DNA of 64,000 bases from Tubiluchus corallicola (GCA_030141605.1 JAQGDQ010000191.1:124001-188000); one strand, 5' to 3'; counted from the stretch's first letter, positions 13,051-27,908 are shown. Notes: generated from the sequence alone by a model not told the origin. Numbers and translations are program-made.

Positions 13051-14757
13051 TCAAATTAATAACACTCAGCGTTCATTATTTTTGTTTGGTCTACCAACCA
13101 AAATTCAACGTATGGAACTCGCCAACTTTTCTAGAACAATGCACACAACGTATTCATGAGCCAAATTCTTGTGTAAACACGAAATTAATTTTCATGAAAT
13201 TATCAAAACATTTTAATCGATGGATGCTGCAAAATCTATCAATCATTGAGGGTGGTTTGACAGTCTGCTTAATTAGCTGCTGTAGCTCACGCTACTGGGA
13301 ACTCACTCTAGTATAACTGATTAGTATAAGTAATTTAGATCCTGAAAGTGGTGCCGCTAGGAGTGACATCGACAACACAAAATTGGTGCCGCTTGTTTAT
13401 TCACATCTGTTATTTCAGTACCTCTGTGGTATTTAATTGACTATGTTAATGTCAATTCAACTACTATTAAATTTATATCTTACGTCTTATTGTATTATTT
13501 GTGTTACAGCATGAAACTCTACTTGGTAGATTTGCGAACAGCAATCTGCTGCAACCTTGATCTCTGGCGTCGCTCCTTCGACGTTTGCAGTAAATGTAAA
13601 CAGCAGCATTTTAGGCAAAATGGCGATTCACGAATCTGTCAGTTACCATGATGACTAATGCTTGTCTATCAAACCAAGTTTTGGATATTCAGAATCCATA
13701 TATCAGAATTTTTTGTTTAAGAATGTCGAAACAAGATCTCACTCTCAGGAAGCAACGCTAAACCATAAGTTGAATGCGTTTGACGGGGTTAAGCGTTTTA
13801 GTAGTTTTAGCTCTTGCTTCTGCCAATCTTTGCTGTTATACGAGAAGCCAGAAATTTCTCTATCATGTAAATAACAAGAAGAAGCCAGATTATGAATTAT
13901 TCTAAAACTTATCTCGCTCAATATTTACCGTTGACGCTTTGTGCAAACACTTTCAAGATTAGGAGTTTTTACACCCTTTCGGTCGATCTTTGGACCCAGC
14001 AAACTTTGCTGGACTCAGCAAAACCCAGCAAATGAGATGCAAGTTGAAGCATCACTTAAATACACTGCATGACAGGAATTGCAGGCTTGCTAAGCTGCGA
14101 CAACAACTGCAAACCACACTTTCTGTTGTTGTTGTTGTTTTTGCACAGTTAATCACTTTCGCAGAAACTCTATAAAAAGGTTTATTTCGCCAGTGTCGTT
14201 CAAGTTCTCGTTGTTCGTGTAATAAATTTTTATATTGTGATGTTACAACAGGGTTACTTCATTTTTTTGTAATCATTTACGAAAAAAGGATCCGTGACAA
14301 AGGTAAATGGCTTTCTACATGAGCGAGTTACCCAATGCTTCGCAATCCGGACTAGTTTCAGTTGGTTTTGCACCAATGTTAAAAACGTTTGCAGATCACT
14401 CATCGTTTATGCGTAACAAAATTCATTTTTTATATATTCGTATTGCAGAACGAGCTTGAAGTTATATAATGAAATTAATGTGCGCAAATTATAAATAAAT
14501 GCAGTCCCGTTGTATGAGAAACAAATATCTGTTTGTTAATAGCCAGACTGCTGTTAGTTACTGGTAAAATGTAGCACTGAAAAAATCTTGTTTTAGCATT
14601 AATTTTGAGTCAAAGCACGAGTAAACATTCTTCTTAAATAAAGCTTAAAAATTTAGTTTTGAAAATTTATATCCATAAGCTTTTCAAACAGGTAATCGTA
14701 ATGTTCAGTAATACAACTTTGTTATGCTTTAAGATTCCCTTTTCTTCCATTTTAAAC

Positions 14758-15087
14758 AATGGCTAGATTATGAGCTTTTGGGGACTTAGGCTGTGGCCCT
14801 CGTCAGGCGGAGCCACCCTTTAACTGACCCGCAAACATCTTGAATACTTTTCCTCATGATATATTTTAGCGACGTTTACATAGCTTGAAATAAACTGGAA
14901 CAGCTACCTTTTGTCTGTCAATAAAAATATCTTTAAAAAATACCGCCATTTTATTGTTTGTTGTAAACCAAATTAGCACGTATTTCAACACAACCGTAGT
15001 GGAAAAACAGAGTTTTACCAAATGTTACCAAAGCTTGAGAAGCCCTAGGCTGCAGCTTATACTAGCCTGTAGGATAATCCGGCCCTG
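14758..15087. mobile_element. hAT-type MITE, degenerate
   Basis: Right end TAATCCGGCCCTG (to 15087). The left end ATGGCTAGATTA...GGGGACTTAGGC is a decayed copy of the CAGGGCCGGATTA terminus. Confidence 0.45.
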
Positions 15088-15744
15088 CCTGTAAGGAAAT
15101 AACCCCGACAATAGAGTCGTATTTTATGCCTAACCTTTACGTCATATCATTTATAACAGTTAGACAGATTTAATAATTTTTGCTGTGATAGCCGACATAT
15201 AAGAAAAATGCTTAGTTTAAACGAATATATGGAGACTTAGGTCTCGGATAATAATCACAGTAATGGAAAATTTCAAGGAATCCCTGTTCATAAATTACAT
15301 TTTAAAAGTCAGATCGACGGCATTTATTGTTGCTGATGAAAGATTTAATAACAAAAAATCTTTTCGACTGCGTAGTCTCTACGTCACTTTATATGAGTTC
15401 TCCAGACTGGCTGTCTGTAAAGATTTTAACTGGCTGGTGTAATGGCATAGATCAAAGTGTGTTCTATAAAGACATTTTCCAGATGCATACATTCATACAA
15501 TGAGTTAATCACTCTTGAAATTAATTAGCCGTTGCTAAATTTGTCCGTAGGAGAACTTGAATAAACGAAAAGTAAATTTTTGCATTACGACCAACTGCCA
15601 GTGTTCAAAACACCAAACGGCAAGAAATATTGTTTTAATAACACATTTGTTAGCTGTGTAAAAATATTCCTAAGTCCTAAGCTTATGAGGAAGCAAACAA
15701 ACAAAAGTAAACAGTTTAATTATTGCATTAAGGTGTTTTGGACT

Positions 15745-15995
15745 GACGGACGAAGAACGAACGAACGAACTAACGAAGGAGTAATTAAGTGAGCGAGGGA
15801 GCGAACAAGCAAGTTAGCGGGCAAACAAGCAAACAAGCGAACAAACAAACAAACAAACATGCAAATAAACAAACAGACAGCAAACAAAAACAAAACAAAG
15901 CGAGCCAACAAACAATTAAAACAAGCAGGCAAACAATACAAAATAAAAATGAAAACAGGCAAGAAAGAAAAGCAAAAAAGCAAACATACAATCAA
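15745..15995 (+). repeat. Degenerate (AAAC/GAAC)n low-complexity tract
   Basis: A-rich tetranucleotide periodicity; source of several spurious K/Q/N-rich ORFs. Confidence 0.8.
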
Positions 15996-16660
15996 CAAAG
16001 ATATAGAAGAAACCTGTGATTTGATACAAGTTCACCACTCTACAAGCTAGTATCCAACAGTCAGTAGCAAGGCCACTTGTTATGTGATATTTGTGGCAGG
16101 ATAGGAACTTATTAATCATCAAGGATAATCGTCTGACACTTTTTGGCAGAAGTGTCTCAATCGCTAAGCACATATTGTATCCATTATACTTTAAAAATGT
16201 ATTTGTGAACATCTAATTTTGGTAGAGCTTGAGGACTAAGAATATTTTTTGTTTTCTGTAATCTTAATTTCATGATTATCAAACTTGATTTCATGATTTC
16301 GCTTATTGTAAACTGAGTTTTGCAACGATTGTTTTCACTTTTTGGATCTTTATTGTGAAGTATTTTAGGAATTCTCATTTTACTTTCTCTGTGTGATCTT
16401 ATTGACGTGGTGTTTCTTATTTTTTTTTGTATTTTTTTTCTCGTATTTTTTTATTGCGAACCGTTTTAGATCATATAAACACATGTTTAAAATGCTGTAC
16501 AAATTATAACAAACTTAAATCCAAACTTATCAATTAAAGGCAGAATAATAATTTTAATTAATAAGTTTTTGAGATCAAATTGATTAACCTAATTTAGTTA
16601 TTAATTATCCTTGTCTGAGTAATGTTCGACTGAGCCAAATAGACTTCATTTAATCACACA

Positions 16661-16727
16661 GGGCTATACGGTGTAGTGGTTATGGCATTGCAGTTGTAAT
16701 TCAAAGGCCCCTGATTCAAATCCGGGT
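16661..16727 (+). mobile_element. tRNA-derived SINE head / tRNA pseudogene
   Basis: A-box-like GGTGTAGTGGT and B-box-like GATTCAAATCC at tRNA spacing. The 3' half AAAGGCCCCTGATTCAAATCCGGGT resembles tRNA-Cys. The acceptor stem does not pair, so this is not a functional tRNA. Confidence 0.55.
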
Positions 16728-19700
16728 AAAATATAATATAAATTTTTTCAAATCTGCTTTGTTTCAGTTAAGCAGAATTTCAAAAATTTAACATCTGTTG
16801 GTTCATTCTACAAAGTGCACATTGTACTTTAACTGTTAGACCAAAATGGAGTAGATTACAACTTCGATAGCCTTCAACAAATTTTTGTTATTGATGGTTT
16901 AAGAATAAGCTGTAAATACAGACAACAAAATGTAATTAGCGTGAAGCTTTACCGGGTTAATATCGAATTTATGAGTTTTCTTTGCAACAACATCTCCAGC
17001 ATCATATTCTAACTCAATTATCATTTAAGTTCTGAAAGTATGAAATACAGCCGAGAAGTTATTTTTTATACGTCTTATACAATTATTCTGCAAACAGGGA
17101 TCAGACACATTAAACGACTCAGTGAAGATAGTTGAAGTGGAACTGGAACGTATCTCATTAGTAAGGATAATCCTATGAGACTAGATATAATAGGTAGTAA
17201 GATATAATAGACTAGATATGTCAGAGGTGACTTAATCAGATTCACATAGATGTCTACAAAATACAAGAGAAATAGTTGTAGACAGTATGGAAGATGGAAT
17301 ATTTATTTAATGGTCACCCATCTTCATTTATTGCAGTGCCTTATTTAAGAAGTTATAACTGGTAGTACTATTTTACCTGCGGGTCAATCAAGTAGTTAGG
17401 TGGTATGACTGAACAGATTAAGGGGCGCGGAGCGAAGTCCCGGCCGACGACGAATTTTGCTCCATTTGATGACATTTTGGAGGCACATAAGAACGCAATT
17501 TTTTGTGTTCTTGTAGAACTTATTTTGGATGAAACATATAAGTATTTAGAAGAGTATTTTCATAGATCTTGAATGATTACTTAAGATAATTTAATGAACT
17601 TTTCTTTGCGAGTTTGCTAGGTCACCTCTCCGCATTCACAAGTTGATCAGACGGCTTCGCACAAAATTGAATGCTACAAAGTAACCCGCAGAACTTAAAT
17701 TCTTAACTCTTGGGTTTAAAGGGCAACTGAACCATTTATAATACTTGTTTTGGGTTTAATCAGTAACTTGGTTGTTATATTAATTATTGTTATTGATAAC
17801 ACAATCATTACACTATTTCGCATCAAACTTTCTGGGGAAAAATAAATAGTATGCTACAGCTTGTACTTAGCACTGTAAGGATAACTTTTCCTTTAACACT
17901 TCTTGCCTAAGCTGTATAGGTTTTTTCACAGATCTAATATTATTCATTGTGTAAAGGTAAAAAAACCAGAACCACTTTAAATGTTTGACATATGATAACA
18001 ATAGGTTTTCGTTTCATAAATGATCGACCGTGGAATACCGTACATATGCCCTCAGTGTTACACTTTTCTTTATTATAATAATGCCTAAGAGGTGAATTTT
18101 CCATTTCACAAAACCAATACTGAGACATTCGAACCATCAACCTTGAAATCGGGAGTCTCGATACTACAACACTACTGTATGAGAGGCTTTTTATTTACAT
18201 AGCTCACAGATTGTTAATGTCAACCACACAAAACATACCTGCAAACATCTATTAGCATCCTCAGTTCTTGATAAATATTTTACTTTTTTGCAAACAGTGA
18301 TGTAGTATACACAGAACTACTTTGAAGGTATGTTTTTGCTCATATATTGCTGCATGTAAAATTTGAATCATGTAAAAAACTGAATGAAAACTGCTCTCAG
18401 GAACCTCAAAACGCCATAAATGCAGAAGATATACAAAAAATTAAGATACAGGTGAACAAGGTAGAAAACACTTGAGCTTGGTATTGTACCTGAAAACGTT
18501 GCACTGGTCAGATTTTTCGTAATGGCAGTTTTGCTGAACTTCTGAAAGAAAATTACTACTACCATTTTACTACTTTTGATTGCTGCCGTCATAGTTGATA
18601 AGTGATGATTTTGGATATTTAACGGAGTCCCAAGCACCCGATGTTTTGGTGATAGTACTTGTGGCTATGACGACTACCAGTTGAGCGGTAGACGAGAAGG
18701 ACAGGATTCGTCCAGTGCAGTTTTTTTGTTTTCTGAAGAGAGCAATAGGTGTCTAGAGCTTCCAACTATACCACGGGATCCCAAGCTGTAAGTTGACTTA
18801 TTCTTTGCCTTACTATGCGGTGTGTCACGGGGTACAGATGGACTAATGGTATTCACAATTGATAAATATTTGATATAAACGTGATCCTAAACGAGTTGAA
18901 GTCGTGCCAGACATTGAAATTATGCATAAAGTTTAGTACCCAAATGTTTTCTGGATGCTGCAGATTTACATGTGACGTCACAGCCCTGAATGCTACTCTT
19001 ATCTCGTAAACTCGCTAGCGGCTCCCCAAGGGTGGCTGGCAGTTAGGATTAGCCCTAGATAAATATTTTATTTCAGTTAGTTTACTTTATGTTTCAATGG
19101 AAATATTGTCAAGTCGTTATGATATGTTATTAATTGATGCTATTATCTAATTTTGCTCATAAACCTTCTTCTGATATTTTTGTCGATGTCTTGTTTCGAT
19201 ATATTGTACGTTAATGACGCATTTCATCATTTTGCTTTTCGTGCCTAATGCTTTGTCATTAAATTTGATTGCAGTAATACTATAATTGTTGCATCATTGT
19301 CATGTTGCATTTAATCAATTAATATACAAGTGCTAATACAGAATCCCACAAGAATCAATACCATCTTGCAGTGGTACCCCCCCCCCCCACTCCCCTCCCC
19401 CCTAGGCTACCTTGCGAAGCCACTATCTTTGTGGGCAGATCCCTCTTTAAAGTAAAATTTTATATGTAGTTTTATGATACAGACAGAAAGTGTGGTAAGA
19501 AGGATGGCCTGAAGAGGGTAAAGGTAAGCCTGCAGGGGTATACCCCACGTAGTTTCTATGTTTAAAAAAGCCTTTTTTATTGACTAGGGCTGACGTGGTT
19601 CACACAGCAATGTATACGTGATAACAATTGACCTATTCTCCTCATTTCTATTATGATTCTACAAATCGCTTTTTTGCCTTATTCAATTTCTTTTATTACA

Positions 19701-20539
19701 ATTTTCGAATATTTCCTTAAAAACCTTAACGTAAGTACATTACGTTAAGCACTGTATACCTTGCGTTAAAGAGCATTTAAATCATGACTGCAGAACACAG
19801 CTGGAGATTTAAAGATACAGCTAACAATTATTGCGAGTCTGACTAAGCTAAAATTATTTTAAGATAATTTTGGAAAAGCTCATTAGTGTTGTTCAAGAAT
19901 TTTAAACTCCGCAAATTGTCTGCTTAGGGTTCAGTTATGACACACAGAGGAGGAAAGAATTATCCTGCAGTAATTCAGCTTGCTCTAACCTTCTCTTTGG
20001 TAATTTTCGGTTTTGGGGTCGATAAATATTGTATGAACACGTCGATACATCATTGGTGCTGACAGGTTAATTGTTAGGAGTAGAATGACTTAATAATACT
20101 GCAGTCAGCACAAGTAACGAACTTTACTTCACGGTTATTGTGACTTGATGAATATGAACAAAGAGAAACCATGTCATTTGATGTTTAACGCTGGCCATGA
20201 AGCCGAAATGGATTAATAATTGTACACCTTGAAGAAAACAAAAACATTACTGTCCAAAAAATTGAGCCTATCAACTTGATGACCTCAAATTGTACACGCA
20301 CGTCAATGCTAAGCTAACAGATGAAACTACATGTGTGATATACCATTTTAATATACCATAGTATACCGTTTTAAGGCCTGTTAACTGAATTTTGCTTCTT
20401 TTCAGTAATGCTGACGATAGTCTAATTTTTAAATAATTAACAAAACTGATTTTTATATTGTCCCTGAAGAACAAGTTAGTGAAAAATGTGATAGGTCCGT
20501 AGAACAATTGGTGAACTTGAAAACTCAAATTTCAATATA

Positions 20540-21320
20540 ACAATGATGGAGATAAAAGGCCAGATCTGAGTACAACAGTGATGGTCTTGAAATGTCAAAT
20601 CTTTGTCGGTAAATGGCGAAAAATGAACGGTCAGATCTCTGCAGAACAATGATGGACATGAAAGGTCCAGGTCTTAATAAAATAATGATGGACATGATAA
20701 GTCAGACTTCGGTAGAACAATGAAGGTTAGATCTCAGTGCACAATAGTGGACATGAAAAATCAAATCTCAATAGAGCAATGATGGATATGAAAAGTTAAA
20801 TATCTGCAGAACAATTATGTATATGAAAAGTCAGATTTCAGTGGACATGAAAGGTCATATCTCACTGCACAATGATGGACGTGAAAAATCAGACCTTATG
20901 ATCTTAGTAGTTGAAAATCGTATTGGGGTGATTTAATTGTCGCATAACACAATTAGTACAGTCTAGTACTAAGATTCTAGCAGAACAATGGTGGACCAGA
21001 AACGTCAGATCTCATAGAAAAATTGTGAATATGAAAGGTGAAAACTCAGTAGAACACTGATGGATACGAAAAGTCAGATCTCAGCAGAAAAATGAAAATA
21101 AAAAGTCAGACCCCAATAATAGGACGACTAACATGAGAACATGAAGAGTAAGTCTGTGAACAATGTTGGACATGAAAGCTTAAGTCTCTGTAGAACAATT
21201 GATGGACACGAAAAGTAAATCTCGGTAGAACAACGATGGAGATCAAAGGTTAGATCCCAGCGCACATTGATGGACATGAAAAGTTAGATCTGAGAAGAAC
21301 AGTGATGGTCTCGAAATGTT
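20540..21320 (+). repeat. Degenerate 35-bp minisatellite (~20 copies)
   Basis: Consensus approx. GATGGACATGAAAAGTCAGATCTCAGTAGAACAAT repeated head-to-tail, interrupted by a non-repeat segment at ~20897-20975. Confidence 0.9.
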
Positions 21321-21373
21321 AAACCGTTATCGAAAAATGGCCAGTATGGCCAGAATCTTGGTATGGTCAGTAA

Positions 21374-21450
21374 GGTATGGTGTGGTGTGGTGTGGCGTGG
21401 CGTGGCGTGGCGTGGCGTGGCGTGGCATGGCATGGTATGGTATGGTATGA
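21374..21450 (+). repeat. Compound pentamer microsatellite (GGTGT/GGCGT/GGCAT/GGTAT)n
   Basis: Tandem 5-mers changing stepwise along the array. Confidence 0.9.
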
Positions 21451-24400
21451 TCTCGATATGGTATTGTACTGGTATGATCAGTAACTAATGGAATATAAAA
21501 TCTCACAGCTATTTTGTCTAACGAAACACGAAACTTCAGACGTCTATTGGTTAAACTGCTAGACATGTAATTTCACTGCATAAATTATAATGTAGCTGAA
21601 AATTTTATGTCTAGTTCATTAAGAAGGAGTAGACGCAGCTGCCGCCGATGCCGTGAGTCTAATGAATTTAGAAAAGATGTAAATAATGGACAATTACCGC
21701 AACAAGGAACCCGACGCGCGTAGGGATTGGTGATAATTGGAAACAGAACATTCGGGTGATTTATTTGTCGCTTTGGGCATCATTCAGCTTAATTGCCATA
21801 TTACACTGCATATACATTAGACAAACGAGAAAGTTGACTCAAGCTACTGTCGTCGTCGTCGTCGTCACTGTCGCTATCGTCGTCGTCGCCACATCTGACA
21901 CAGATTACCTGAGGTGACAGATTATGGAATGTTATTATCCTGTGTAGCATATATCATTGCAATTTACGAAATTATACTTGGTAAAATGCAGAAGACGCCA
22001 GATCATCACCAGGCTCTGAGTAGTTTACATCCTACTCGCAGACTAAATAAAGGCATATAAAATTATTACATATAAAAAATTATTACATAAATTTGTTAAT
22101 ATACAATTCGACATTGTCAAAATTTTCAAACACATTTGGAAAAAATTTGCTGTTATTACTTAGTCAAGTAGTTTGTTGCTCGTTAACATTTTAACTTAAT
22201 TAAAAAATCTCATATCTTATTAGATTAGTATATAGTGATTTTCAAAAAATGGTACTTATAATTTTATACTGTCTACTGAGTTTCTTTGCTAGACCTTATT
22301 TTCCAAGGTAGCACCGAAGAGACTACTCACGTGTTTGGAAAGGAACATAAATAGAAAACCGCTGAAGAAGAAATTTATTGCATGGAAGTGGCAAATCCAT
22401 GCTGACTCGCTGAATTTTACTGACTTCCTTAAAAGCTGAATTAACTGTCTATTTTATCGCAAGAAAACAAGGGAGCGATTGTCTCTTAGTGAGTGATTTC
22501 AGCACTAAAAAAGTCGTTACGCTTACGAGATTATGCATACTATAGCTCTGGTGTCTGCAGAACGTTTTGCTAGCATTTTATGATTTATTTATTTATTTTG
22601 ATTGTTTATTTGATGACGTCGTCAGTGGTGAATGTTTCAGAATCTTTTTCAAGTGCACTGATGCGCAGGAGATTAAGCTCAGTTTGTTTGTGAATGTGGA
22701 ATGTTTATGCAAATTCCTGTTTTTTTAAATAGATCTTATAGCGTCTGATGAAATGTGGTGTTCTTCTGGTTAGTTTTGTGAAGCGCTAATAAGTTTAATT
22801 CTTTTAGAGTCTTAATGGAGAAAATTTTAACCGACTTTGTTTTAATTTTGTCTTACTACGATTTTATCATCAAAAGCTGATGTATACCGAGTCTGTGCAA
22901 ATGTATATGTGTTTGAGCACTATAAAAAATATTTAAAATTAACTGATGTTTTAACGTAGCACGATGTAACCTTAAGGAACGTTAAAGTGTAAACGAGTCT
23001 GAAAAGAAATTGCCATCCAGCAATTGTATATTCTGTTTTATTTCGTTTTAATTAATCATCAGATACCTAATAAAGTTTCGTGAATTTTAGCACTAAATAC
23101 CTTCAATTGTCATATTCAGTTAAAATGCATTTTGTTTTGCATGTACTTGTACGGATTGACTTAGTTCTTTGAAGTAATTTAGGCGTACCTACGCTTTTAC
23201 CGCGTCTACGTGAAATTTATTTTCCAGTGCATTTCATGTGGTTTTATTCGATACTAAGACGCAAGTTAAATCGTGCGAGAGCAGCAATTATTGGTATATT
23301 ATCAAATTAATGTTTCTAGGAAAATAACGTAATGTAATTCCATCAACCTCTGTCAGGTCAACACCAATACAGTTCAGGGACTAATCAAAGGCAGATCATG
23401 AAACATGTATGTATATGTATGTATGTATATATATTATATGTTTATATGTATATAGTATATATACATTTCTTTGTATATCTATATTGAAAGAGAGACAGTG
23501 ATTATTTATATTATTAAAATTATTATTATAACTCTATTTTATTATTTATATTTACATAACTACATACATAATCTACAAAAATTCCCTATATTTCTAACGG
23601 AACATTATGAGCATTATTATACATGAAGTCAAACAATAATTACAATTACCCTTTTTAATATCACAGTTGAAAACACAATTTACAACAGTACAAACAGTTA
23701 TATACAGAAACTATCTGGCACTACAAGCAACAAAAGCAGATTTACGTTTAAATTCATATTTACCTAATTATGAAACAGAAAAATTAGTGATTTCCATTTT
23801 GCGAAAGAATATGTAGGTTTGCCAATACAGTTTTGCTTTGATTTTTTTTAAATTAAAGCGTTACTGTACTAGTAAAAGTACTTTACAGGTTTATTTGCAA
23901 AACTACCACACATCGTAAAAAAGCGTACATGTGTATGCTTCTATTTAAAGGATTGGGCTATTAGAAACGCTATGTAAAGACACTGAACAGATAGAGAATA
24001 AATAAAACAAGTTTAAATTTGACATAACAACAGTTTAACACAGCGACAATAGTAGCAACGCTCTAAGTTAAAAGGAATTAAAAAATAGCAAAAATAGGTT
24101 TTTTAGCTTATTTGTAAAACTAAATCTATTTTTTGCAAACTGATGTTCATAAAACCGACCAAAAGATAAAATTGGCTGAACCTGGCTAGCTTTTTACCTT
24201 AAGCGCCAATAATGAAATTAGTCGATAAAATAAGGTCATTTATTAAAATGACAATACATTCAATAAGGCAATGAAAAAAGGTGGGGCACACAAAATACCG
24301 CCTCACCCAATACGTGACTATACTAGTCACAGCATTGCTTATTACAAACATAATAAAGCATTGTTTGCAATACAACAGTACATTACAAAATTATACCAAA

Positions 24401-25699
24401 CGCCCAGTAAAACAGTTTCAACAATATACAGTGGTACATTATATATAAAAATTCCACATTACAGAAAAAACCCTGCAATGTTAAAAGCACTTAAACCTAA
24501 ATTTCACAAAAATTACATTCCTACTTTAGTAGTGGGTGGCGAGAGGGTGAGTTTTCGCATCCAGCGACAGCGGCCAAATGGGTGATTTTCAACAAGATGA
24601 CGGATGTCATTCGTTCATTGGTCGGCTAGAAACAAAGCGTGCGACACCTACGCGCATGCTCACGAACATTCTTTACAAAAACTCATTTATTGCTATTCTA
24701 TCAATAAATTTACCCTTTTAAATCATGTCATTCAAATTAAGATAGGGCAGTTTTACCTAATGCCAAACACTGAAGGGTCAAAGATAAAAGTTCTGCAGCA
24801 GAAATTGGCGCTCTTATTAAAGTTTTATTTTTGAAATTACTACTTTTCAAGCAGTACAAGGAGAGATACTATGGTAATTTGTTCTACGTGTCTACTTCAT
24901 GGCAGTTTGCTGCAAAATGAGTTACAACGTTACGGCGTACCAACGAAACGCACCGTGTAAACCCTTGCGTCCATGAGTACTGTGTAACTAGGCCCTAAGT
25001 TTGTCAGAGAACCCTGTGATGCCTAACTTTGAAAACACTTTTGAGCCAAGTAACTTATAATAGCATTTCGATTAATATAGCTGCTAGCAAGCTGTGTGTG
25101 TTTGGCGTTGATAACAACTTGTTTAATGGCATGTAATCTATTCTGCTATTGGTAATCTCGTCAGCACTTTATTATAACATACCAATCCACACTGAACACT
25201 TGATGGAAATGAGAGTAATTCAAGTTTTTTTCATTTTAGTTTTTACGCATTAATACTAGTTAAGCCAGTTTCTGGGATAGGAAAGAGAAATAAAATTAGT
25301 GACTACTTATTTTCATTTTTTTTATATTGAACAATGTTCTCGTTCAAAAGGTATCGTTTCTGGAACGATTTGTTTCAAAGATCGTAGACATTTGGTCTTA
25401 TAACATTATTATGCATTATCGATGATTGTGAGCAGTAATTATCTAAACACAAGACTATCAATTCATGATAGAATGTGCACGCAATTGTTAAATTTTCAAG
25501 TCTAAATCGAAAATCAACTTCAGACCGCGATTTTAAGTGTAACTTTCGTTGACAGAAAGAAAATGCAAAAAGCGAAACTGATATCTGATTTGAACTAGGG
25601 ATGTTCCTAATAGTTATTTTGTACCGCTAATTCAAATTAATGAGATTGAAGAAAATATAAGCAGTAGACACAGGCCCTTCTTGACTCAGATTTCTTCCA

Positions 25700-26270
25700 T
25701 CCTACACATGATAGGAGACCACCTAAGTCGCTCTTGAGGTCACGAGGAGCCCAATTGATTTCCTGGACTTAAGTGTCCGCCATCTCTTCATCTTGTACCA
25801 GTTTGTGAAATCAGTAAGCAGCTATGGCTTGTTATAAGCTGATGCGCAGCTAGAGGCAAGTTGCATATACATGTGGTAAAGATGCCATCAATAATAATAC
25901 TATTAAGTGTATAACAGCACTTGAAAGTATCTGGGCGGAAATTTAAACTTAAACGCCCTCTGTTAAAGAACTGAGTTAACTTAGTTTTGTTAACTTACTC
26001 TGAAATCAGTACTTTGGTGCCTCGAATTGTACTTATTAATGATGACATTGACGAGCCCCCTTCACGGTGATTCTTAGCTCTGCTGAATCCGCTGACGTTT
26101 TTAGCAATGCAAATTTGACTGATTGGCAACATCACTATGATAAGATGCGGACAACACAGCCATCGGGCAGAACGCATTTGTACTTGGACGGCATCTCAAA
26201 GATAGAGATCATACCCAGGGGTTTTTCAACCAATGCGCGTCCATATTGGAATTAATTCCTATATTGTCAC
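25700..26270 (-). mobile_element. Possible decayed LINE apurinic-endonuclease fragment (CR1/L2-like)
   Basis: Minus strand shows heavily degraded remnants in the expected order of R...GG, .PP and III.G.F motifs, with many stops and frameshifts. Confidence 0.35.
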
Positions 26271-27654
26271 TTTCCCACACTGATATTTTTGAACTGTGCT
26301 TTGGAGATCACAAAAGAGTTGGAGAATTTAAAGTATAGTACTATTATTTCTTGAGTCATGTTTATATTATTTTGGATCATAATTGCAAATGTAATATTTA
26401 CTACATATTACTGTGTTCGCGGCAATATTTTTATTCTTAATCATTTCAGTATATTTATATTTCTTATTACACTGTATTATATTTTATTATTATATTGCAA
26501 TTTTTTTGCTTTAGCTATTCTATTGTTTATTATATAATAGCTGTCATACAGTGCCGTTTACCCATTACCTTTTTACTGTTGCTTTTTTACCTGACTTATT
26601 ACTTTATAATTTTTGTTTTTAGTTTTTAAACTTTGCTTTTTGCCGAAAACTTTTTCATTTGTTGACTTCTCACCTTTATCTCTTTACATTTGACATTTTT
26701 CCATGTGTTAACAGCACGAACTTTCCTAACGGCAAATTCGGCAATACATGGAGAGAGAAGGGAGGAAAGTATTAATTGGTAGATTCAGTAGTGCCACATT
26801 ATGTTTCTTGATCTTAAAATGCAACGATCTTCTTCGGTAGTTCGTTACTTCTTTAACGTATCAATTGCTCGTTGGTTTGTTTGCTGTTTTGTTAAAGTTA
26901 ACGCAAAAACATTAACATGGCCGAAAAAGACAACAAGAACAATATTGAAACCAGTCGCCGTGCAGGAAAAACACAGAAGACGAGTTTGGCCGCAACACTT
27001 GATGTACCTAGCTTTGACTACATGTAGTCTGCTAAAGTCAGATGCCGTTTAACGTTGTAGTCTAAGTCCCCATTGACTACATATGTCAAAGGGTATAACT
27101 CCTCAAAAACTTGTAAAAACTTTGAATGTAAGTCATACTTCCCCGTAAGAATTGTGAGTAATTAAAAATGGCGTCACTTTCTGTCATTTCCGGTTCAGTG
27201 ATTGGTTTGGTACAAATGAATTACGTATATGACAATTTAACATTTCGCGCGCAGAAGGGCTTCATGCAAACAAGCAATTTTAAGCTCATTAAAACCCATC
27301 AAAAATCAATCAACTGCGATAATAAATGATAATTATTTGCGCATGTACGCAATTGCTGTCTCATTAATTAGGAAGTTATGTCATGGAAAATGAATTAGTG
27401 CTGTACTTTGCTACTACTGTAGTGCTGTTGCTCCTCTCCAGTTTAATGATGGTGGCGCTGTTGCAAGGATAACATCAGAGAACTTCAAAGCCGCACAAAG
27501 GCCTTGCAGTAGCTTTTAGTTACATTATATTGATTTTATATGCTAAAGGTGAAAGTGGCACCAGAAGCGACAGTAGTAATGGCGACAGTAATGGCGGTGG
27601 GGTAACAACAACAGTAGGAAGAGGCAATAGTAGTAGGCACGGTCGTCGCAGGAG

Positions 27655-27660
27655 GGAGAG

Positions 27661-27735
<75 letters not shown>

Positions 27736-27742
27736 AGAGAGA
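27655..27742 (+). repeat. (GA)n microsatellite, imperfect
   Basis: GA run with GGA interruptions. Confidence 0.95.
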
Positions 27743-27779
27743 GTGGAGGATGAGGGAAAGAAACAAAGAGACCGTAATA

Positions 27780-27908
27780 GATGGATGGATGGATGGATGG
27801 ATGGATGGATGGATGGATGGATGGATGGATGGATGGATGGATGGATGGATGGATGGATGGATGGATGGATGGATGGATGGATGGATGGATGGATGGATGG
27901 ATGGATGG
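27780..27908 (+). repeat. (ATGG)n tetranucleotide microsatellite (~32 copies)
   Basis: Perfect tandem ATGG. Confidence 0.98.

Noticed and set aside
10287-15087. A single 4.8-kb hAT element bounded by CAGGGCCGG...CCGGCCCTG
   Set aside because: The 8-bp flanks differ (ATTATCTA vs CCTGTAAG) and the right end has a nearer degenerate partner at ~14758.
16661-16727. Functional tRNA gene
   Set aside because: Acceptor and anticodon stems do not pair properly.
18650-18795. Candidate upstream K2P exon ending at GTAAGT
   Set aside because: No frame resembles K2P M1/cap/P1, and it does not end in TTIG.
20540-21320. CRISPR-like or coding repeat
   Set aside because: Head-to-tail degenerate 35-mers, not a multiple of 3, with no spacers or long ORF.
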